Assembly: GCF_006345805.1 (NCBI RefSeq)
Contig: NW_021832245.1
Location: 1-61,839, forward strand
Length of the DNA: 61,839 nt
Origin: Octopus sinensis
Taxonomy: Eukaryota
Direction: 5' to 3'
This document shows, piece by piece, positions 54,178-61,839 of this stretch (the first letter of the stretch is position 1; each line of letters starts with the position of its first letter). Made by a program: the position numbers and the translations under genes. The notes under the pieces were generated by a model. It was not told the DNA's origin and did no database searches. It saw nothing but the letters and a program-made list of their open reading frames with translations.

Positions 54178-54673
54178 TATGTTTTGCTTAAACGCGATGC
54201 ATAGTAGCGGAATTTTCGCCTTCAGTCAAGTACAATAAACAACTCCGAATCGTTGTTAGATTAACCGCGTTCTGAGTTCAAATTCCGCTGAGGTTGACTT
54301 TAACTTTCATCCTTTTGAAGTCGTTGAAATAAGTACCATCTGAGCACTAGAGTCGATGTAACCGATTTAACCGCTGCTCTGAAATTGCTGGCTTTGTGCC
54401 AAAATTTGAAGCTAATATTATTGGCTCGAGGCTCGAAGAAGAAGAACAAATGATCAAGTATAAGTTATAGAGTGAAAGTATCGTCCTGTGTCGGATACAA
54501 AATGAAAAGATGAAGGAAGAGTGAAAAGTAAGAGAGGAAAAAACATGAGAAAATGTCAGAGAAATAGGAGTGAGCCAGGAAAAAAATGTACGCGGATGAC
54601 TTACATGCTCGTTCTCTGATTAACCCGGAAGTGTAATTGAGAGGTAATTGTTGTTTTAATAGCAAGAGATCAC

Positions 54674-55176
54674 AAGGCGGCGAGCTGGCAGAAACGTTAG
54701 CACGCCGGGCGAAATGCGTAGCCGTATTTCGTCTGCCGTTACGTTCTGAGTTCAAATTCCGCCGAGATCGACTTTGCCTTTCATCCTTTCGGGGTCGGTA
54801 AATTAAGTACCAGCTACACACTGGGGTCGATGTAATCGACTTAATCCGTTCGTCTGTCCTTGTTTGTCCTCTCTATGTGTAGCCCCTTGTGGGCAGTAAA
54901 GAAATAGGTATTTCGTCTGCAGCTACGTTGTGAGTTCAAAATCCCGCCGAGGTCGACTTTTGTGGGCAGTAAAGAAATAAGAAACGTTACCACGGCGGGC
55001 GAAATGCTTAGTAGTATTTCGTCTGTCTTTATGTTCTGGGTTCAAATTCCGCCGAGGTCGATTTTGCCTTTCATCCTTTCAGGGTCAATAAATTAAGTTG
55101 CAGTTACGTATTGGGGTGATCTAATCGACTGGCCCCCTCCCCCAAAATTTCGGGCCTTGTGCCTAGAGAAGAAAAG
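54674..55176 (+). mobile_element. Family-B/B/B' SINE multimer
   Basis: Full B copy, tail|GGTATTTCGTCTGC junction, deleted B, then B' body; TSD AATAG(C/T)AAGAGATCAC at 54658-54673 and 55177-55192. Confidence 0.85.
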
Positions 55177-55357
55177 AATAGTAAGAGATCACTCGTTGGT
55201 ATGCGTGTATATGTAAATATGTGCGTGTGATTGCGCGCGTACGCGTAATTGTACGCGTGTGTATAGCGTATATGCATATATGTGCGTGTGTGTGTGTGTG
55301 TGTGTGTGTGCGTGTGTTTGTGTGTGTGTGTGCGCGCGCGTGCTTGTATCTACAGTA

Positions 55358-55756
55358 TTTATTCTGTTACTTGTTTCAGTCATTTGACTGCGGCCATGCC
55401 GGAGCACCGCGTTTAGTCGAGCAAATCGACCCCGGGACTTATTCTTTGTAAGCCCAGTACTTATTCTATCTGTCTCTTTTGCCGAGCCGCTAAGTGACGG
55501 GGACGTAAACACACCAGCATCGGTTGTCAAGCAATGCTAGGGGGACAAACACAGACACACAAACACACACACATATATATATATACATATATACGACAGG
55601 CTTCTTTTAGTTTCCGTCTACCACATCCACTCACAAGGCATTGGTCGGCCCGGGGCTATAGCAGAAGACACTTGCCCAAGATGCCACGCAGTGGGACTGA
55701 ACCCGGAACCATGTGGTTGGTTAGCAAGCTACTTACCACGCAGCCACTCCTGCGCC
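55358..55756 (-). mobile_element. Family-A SINE, full length
   Basis: Reverse complement of the 23001-23418 type. Confidence 0.9.
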
Positions 55757-56055
55757 TATGTGTATGTATACGTGGGTTTGTGTGTATGTTGATGTAGGAT
55801 ATATGTATGCGTGTGTGTAAGAACATGTACGTGGCCGTAGTCGAGGCGTGTTCAACCGATACACCAGTCTGAGGTCCGGAATGCCAAAGCAGGCTGATGA
55901 ATGTCTGAGGAGGCCATTCCTTACGAATAAAAAAATGTGACAAAACCCTTGAAATTTTATAGACACTCCGCTTATTTCGATTGGTACTTAAAACTCTGTC
56001 TTCTACCAAATCGCAACATACATACATACATATATACATACATACATACATACAT

Positions 56056-56095
<40 letters not shown>

Positions 56096-56105
56096 ACACA
56101 CACAC

Positions 56106-56150
<45 letters not shown>

Positions 56151-56188
56151 TACATACATACATACATACATACATACATACACACACA

Positions 56189-56285
56189 TGTTGATGAAAC
56201 ACTATTTGAAGGCGCCTTGGATCTAGGTTAGAAACCGGCTCTTTCTCTATTGGGAAGAAATCTTGAAATAAAACAGAATAACGAC
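56189..56285 (+). mobile_element. Terminal 3' UTR fragment of the TACA-associated LINE
   Basis: GGATCTAGGTTAGAAACCGGCTCTTTCTCTATTGGGAAGAAATCTTGAAATAAAACAGAATAACGAC followed by ATACATACATAC. Confidence 0.8.
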
Positions 56286-56763
56286 ATACATACATACGTA
56301 ACATAACGATACACGTCTGTGTGAGTGTGTGTGTATGTGTATAGACACACATACACACGCACACGCACACACACACACCACACACACATACACACATGTA
56401 CACATATATAACACAATGACAAATCACTGAATCAGCTAGAATACACGAGAGTAAACTATGACTATGTGTAAGCCCACACTAGTGCGTTGCCTTGTGGGTG
56501 CGCTGATGTTGCCTCTCTTTCAGACGTATTTCATTACTATTCTGTTTAATTTTTAGTTTATTATATGAATATACAAGGTGCAGCTGTAAATAAAAAGCTA
56601 TCACTTGCAAATAAAACTTTTCTGTACTATTTTATAACCAGAGTTTCTTTAAAGCATGCTGCACTCCGAGAGAGCGCCGTCGCTAGACATAGGATACAAG
56701 TAGGCCACTCATTAGTTCAGACACTCTAAAACTCACATACGCACATACACACACACACACACA

Positions 56764-56819
<56 letters not shown>

Positions 56820-56820
<1 letters not shown>

Positions 56821-57382
56821 CTATTATATAAAATCCGTTCTGTCTGTCTGTGTGCGTGTGTCTTCTAGGATCTCGGGCATCCTCCATCCGATTGCGCTCA
56901 AATTTGATGTGTAGATACCGACGGTATCAGGGCGTGTATAAGTCTTGAAAAAAATACAAAAATCGATTCCAGGTGAGAATGCGATCGATAAAGCCGTGGG
57001 AAGGTGTATTTGCACGCGCAATTACATCAGCTGTTGCGATACTACTGTTGCGTACGCGAGAAAAATGCACGTGCAGTTTGCGCCAAAAAAGCTGGCTGGC
57101 TTGAAATAATGCCACAAAATGCAGTATATTTAAGGGACCAAAAAAGTAAGATACAAAAGATATATTTTCTTCAAACTTGGCATGAAGGAAAGAAAGACTA
57201 TTTGGTTTCTCAACAAGTTTTGTTTTTTTTTTTTGCCTTAACTTCGTTTAACAAAACCCCGCAAAAATTTATTGAAATAAAGGCATGCTTAATTATTTTT
57301 TAATGAAAAGAAAACACTGATTGCTTTTTATTCAGCAGATATGATTCTGCACCGTCTATTGGACGGGGGGCATTTTGCTCTT
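56820..57382 (+). mobile_element. Probable non-autonomous Helitron (different family)
   Basis: A|TCTATTATATAAAA 5' end; hairpin CCGTC-tattg-GACGG near 57352-57366; the CTRR end is not canonical. Confidence 0.5.
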
Positions 57383-57859
57383 ATTATATATATGGTATAT
57401 ATATATACTGGTGACAGTGTGGTAAGAGGTTTGCTTCCCTACCACATTGTTCCAGGTTCAGTTGCAGTACATAGTACCTTGAGCACATTGGGCACCTTGG
57501 CCACTAAGGATGTGCAGTACGCTGAAATCACGTAATATGGCTGTTCCGTTGCCCGTGCAAGATGGTTCCCGTCTGCTGCGAATTATATCTGTGCTCTTAA
57601 CAACGTATGTCTATACGAGAGGACAAGACCTCGCAAGAAGAATACCGCTGTATGCTCTGTTCCAATAATACAGCCACATATATGAATATATTATATATAT
57701 ATATATACGCGCACGCGCGCACAGACACACACACACACATGTATGAATATCAAAACAGACACAGTATTCTGGTGTAGTCGTCTACCCGTCGGCTCCTGTC
57801 AAACCGTCCAACCCATGCCAGCATAGAAGACGGACGTTGAATGATTATATATATATATA

Positions 57860-57892
<33 letters not shown>

Positions 57893-58057
57893 ATTGGCCT
57901 AAACCTAATGTGTGTGCGTGTGTGCGCGTACGCACTCATTCATATAAATCTTATAAGCATGAAATGCTTACATTCACGCGTAAATCCATGCAGTTTACGT
58001 ATGTATATATCCATGTGGTATGTATGTATGTATGTACGTATTATGGATGTATGTATG

Positions 58058-58104
<47 letters not shown>

Positions 58105-58811
58105 CATACATACATACCTACATACAATAGATAGATACGTACATACATACTACTACATACATACATAACTACATACATACATACACATACATACATACAT
58201 ACATACACGCATGTATATATACATACATACATACATCCTACATACATAGATAGATACGTACATACATACATACATACATACATACATACATACATACATA
58301 CATACATACATACATACATACACGCATGTATATATACATACGTAAACCTGCATGGATGTACGCGTGAATGTAAGCATTTCATGGTTATGAATATTTATAT
58401 TAATGTGTGCCCACGCACACACATGCACGCACACACACACACATACACACACACACACTTTGGTTTCGACCAGTATTGGCCCAGGTATTATCTAACTTGA
58501 TAGCACGATCTGGAGAAGACATTTACTCATGTTTCATGTAACAGTCATATATTGGACGCCAGAGCCATTCTAGCATAAAGTTATAGTTGGCACAAATGTC
58601 TCTGGATGCTGGTAGTTTATATGGATTTGTTGGAGGGATTTGTCCAGGAATCGTTTGGACGCTTTGAAATTTTTTAGCGTTAGTGTTCTGATGTGACCTG
58701 AGTATAATTGTACAGAGGATGGATGCCACACGGATGAGGCCTTGCATGAATTTAACCATTTAGCATCCAGATTATTCTGTCAAGTGTAATGCTTTTTTTA
58801 TTACCCCTGCC

Positions 58812-59548
58812 TTCATCATCATCATTGTTCGACCGTGGTCGAGACAATGAAATTTACCATGCTACGCCAGACTTCACGGTCCATCATGGTATTACGGAGG
58901 TCCTGTGGCTGGATGCCTGTATCCCTGGAGATTACATCAGAGTAGGAGAGTGTGCGCCCTCTGGTATTGCGAGTAGATGGCTTCCAGAGGAGAAGAGTAG
59001 AAATTACCTCTTTTTTAGCTCTACAACAATGTCCAGCAAACTGGACTCTCTTACCACCGTGGTCGAGACAATGGAATTTACCATGCTACGCCAGACTTCA
59101 CGGTCCATCATGGCATTACGGAGGTCCTGTTGCTGGATGCCTGCATCTCTGGAGATTACATCAGGGTAGGAGAGTATGCGCCCTCTGGTATTGCGAGTAG
59201 ATGGCTTCCAGAGGAGAAGAGTAAAAATTACCTCTTTTTCAGCTCTACAACAATGTCCAGCAAACTGGACTCTCTTACCACCGTGGTCGAGACAATGGAA
59301 TTTACCATGCTACGCCAGACTTCACGGTCCATCATGGCATTACCGAGGTCCTGTTGCTGGATGCATGTATCCCTGGAGATTACATCAGGGTAGGAGAGTG
59401 TGCGCCCTCTGGTATTGCGAGTGGATGGCTTCCAGAGGAGAAGAGTAGAAATTACCTCTTTTTCAGCTCTACAACAATGTCCAGCAAACTGGACTCTCTT
59501 ACCCTTCACAAGAGATGACACAGGTGGTAGTTTCCCATATATTTGCAG
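58812..59548 (-). mobile_element. RTE-clade LINE 3' end with a 224-bp segment in three tandem copies
   Basis: QIYGKLPPVSSLVKGKRVQFAGHCCRAEKE..LLWKP..RGR..YPDVISRDT..MMDREVWR; (GAT)n tail at 58812-58825; units start at 58833, 59057 and 59281. Confidence 0.88.
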
Positions 59549-59554
59549 GCGAAG

Positions 59555-59757
59555 GTGGAAGTATTGTTTCCTGTTGTGTTTGTTTATTTGTTTGCTTGCT
59601 TATACGTGAACAAGAAATCTCAAGAACCGCTGGATTGATTGGATGAAACTTTCAAAGATGTTTGGCCTCATGAGTGTAGCACGAATTGATTAGGTTTTGG
59701 GATCGATCCGGTGCCGGACAAGGATTCCGGATTATTTTTCATATTTTCTTTAAATGT
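59555..59757 (+). mobile_element. Possible HINE/DINE-1-like (Helentron-associated) element fragment
   Basis: TGTTTGTTTATTTGTTTG repeat followed by ..GAACCGCTGGATTGATTGGATGAAACTT..GGATCGATCCGG..GGATTCCGGATT, an arrangement typical of such elements; termini not resolved. Confidence 0.4.
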
Positions 59758-59854
59758 ATATGCAAAGTTTCACATAGCTCTCTTGTACACGCACGCACAT
59801 ACACACATATACCCACACATTTTCAGTGTTGAATATTACCATCCCATTTCCATT

Positions 59855-59906
<52 letters not shown>

Positions 59907-60132
59907 ACACATACACACACTCACACACACATACACACATACACACGTCTCTTTTACACACTGATACTCACACTTCATACGCCGTTTATTGGCTTTTTCG
60001 CTCCCTTCATTATTCGTCTATCACTCCTTCCTTTCTCATACATACGACGCTCTCTTTGCCATTTACCTCCTCTACTTTCACCTCTCACTCAGCTCTATTA
60101 TATATATGTATATATATATATATACACACACA

Positions 60133-60184
<52 letters not shown>

Positions 60185-60591
60185 GCAGTGTACATTTAAA
60201 CACATTAAGAGGTTTCCATCATAGGAATCCTTTACGCCAGAAAGAAGAGCTAAAGTCCAAACCACTAATTAGGGATAAATTCTCGAAGGGAATGAAAAAT
60301 AAAAACATTTATCATCTCTTTCCTGTACCACGGTTTCTGATTTATTTTAGTAAATAAGATAATTTACCAGGCGAAGTCTTCAGCAACAGGGACGCCAAAG
60401 ATTAAATATATAAACAACAAGACCAATCCAGCATGTGCCTCTTGCTTATACTTTCTAATATTTTTCAAATCCACTGCGCAAGCGCAGTCTTTTTTTTTTG
60501 TCGGCAGCCTTACAGTTTTATATTTAAGAGATGAGGAATTATGTACATTATTTACAATTGACGGATATTTGTCCTCATCTTGTTTGTTGTT

Positions 60592-60638
60592 AACACAACG
60601 TTTCGGCTGATATACCCTCCAAGCCTTCATCAGGTGTC
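60592..60638 (-). ncRNA. Minimal type I hammerhead ribozyme motif
   Basis: GACAC-CTGATGA-A-GGCT(tggagggtatatc)AGCC-GAAA-CGT-T-GTGTT: intact core, stem II, 5-bp stem I and palindromic ACGT stem III. Activity is not demonstrated. Confidence 0.7.
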
Positions 60639-60685
60639 TTGGGGAAATTTCAAACCTGGGTTCACATTCCTAAGGTATTTTTCGA

Positions 60686-60761
<76 letters not shown>

Positions 60762-60881
60762 TCACTGTCTGGAACTCAGAATCTTGGGGTTAGTAGCCCG
60801 CGCTCTTAACCACTCCGCCATAATAATAACAACATCGAAAACTACCTTAGGAATGAGAACCCGGGTTCGAAATTTTCCTAA

Positions 60882-60927
60882 GACACCTGATGTAGGCTGG
60901 AGGATATATCAGCCGAAACATTGTGTT
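60882..60927 (+). ncRNA. Mutated copy of the same hammerhead motif (probably inactive)
   Basis: CTGATGT instead of CTGATGA, and GAAACATT instead of GAAACGTT. Confidence 0.55.
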
Positions 60928-61717
60928 AACAACAAACAAGATGAGGACAAATATCCGTCAAATGTAAACAATGTAAATAATGTTCAAAAAGCTTTGTTGA
61001 TTAGTTAGCAATCGGCTCGAACACTCTCAGGAACTTAAATAAATCTGAAAGAAAAAACATACATACATACATACATACATACATACATACATGTATATAT
61101 ATACGTTAGTACATACATCCACGGCCAGGTGAGTCAATAAAATATACTCGAGCATAACTTAAAGCTATGCACGGGCACATTCATACTAACACACGCACAC
61201 ACGCTCACGCACGTGCATGTGCGCGTACACGCACACACAAACACGTGCAAGCACACACACTCACCACCCACCTCACATGCACACACACACACACACAAAA
61301 TGTTATAGATGACTCAGGGATGTCACAGTGCTGCCTTAGGGTTCGGTAAACTTGAATACTTTAGCCACTGACGACGCCCACATACGAGAATAATTTTAAG
61401 AAACACATATACTTACACACGCACACACACACACATACACGCACGCACGCACACCTGTGCATGGATACGTATATACATAAACACGTACTCACAAACTCAG
61501 TATTCATAACAAAAATACGTACGCATGCGTGCATGCACTCGTTAATTCACACCACCACACACGTAGATGAAGTTTATCTACACACCCTTTCATAAACATA
61601 CATGAAAAATTTTGTAACGAAGTACATCACTATACACACCCACTACACTACATCCGCTCTCACTCCCTATTTATACATACATACATACATACATACATAC
61701 ATACATACATACATACA

Positions 61718-61749
<32 letters not shown>

Positions 61750-61839
61750 CATACATATATCTATGTGTATCTATCTATCTATCTTTTTTTGTTGTTTAAG
61801 AAAAATGTCCAGTTCCTTGGTTTTACACTCACCGGTAAA

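Larger units (their letters stand above)
60541..60983. mobile_element. Head-to-head inverted repeat: tRNA-Ser-like head + (TAA)n + Penelope-type tail (-), joined to a headless copy (+)
   Basis: 60541-60690 is the reverse complement of ~60830-60983. The minus strand from 60821 reads TGGCGGAGTGGTTAAGAGCGCGGGCTACTAACCCC. Confidence 0.8.

Noticed and set aside
58833-59503. Regularly spaced repeats as a CRISPR-like array
   Set aside because: The units are contiguous 224-bp copies with no unique spacers and translate as RTE ORF2; the context is eukaryotic.
179-61799. Many ORFs rich in YI/CV/HT/MYVC/LS repeats, poly-H, poly-M or poly-I
   Set aside because: They are translations of di-, tri- and tetranucleotide microsatellites or SINE bodies, with no domain motifs or exon evidence.

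Overview
Gene-poor, AT- and microsatellite-rich eukaryotic non-coding DNA. The repeat content (tRNA-headed SINEs with internal TA/TG tracts, very abundant TACA/GATA/TAA/CA arrays) suggests an octopus or other coleoid cephalopod genome; this is an inference. No host protein-coding exon could be recognised, and almost all ORFs in the supplied track are translations of microsatellites or SINEs. Identifiable content: a 5'-truncated Tx1/L1-clade LINE (19.85-22.53 kb, -); a Dong/R4-clade LINE sitting in TAA repeats (33.66-36.04 kb, -); a second R4-like LINE family whose copies repeatedly abut (TACA)n; RTE remnants, one with a 3x224-bp tandem repeat; three different mariner remnants; non-autonomous Helitrons; hAT-type and Merlin-like foldback MITEs; a 5S rRNA fragment; and dozens of SINEs of at least four families, often nested. 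The most notable structure is at 60.54-60.98 kb: a head-to-head inverted repeat with a tRNA-Ser-like Pol III head, a TAA spacer and a Penelope-type tail containing a minimal hammerhead ribozyme motif.
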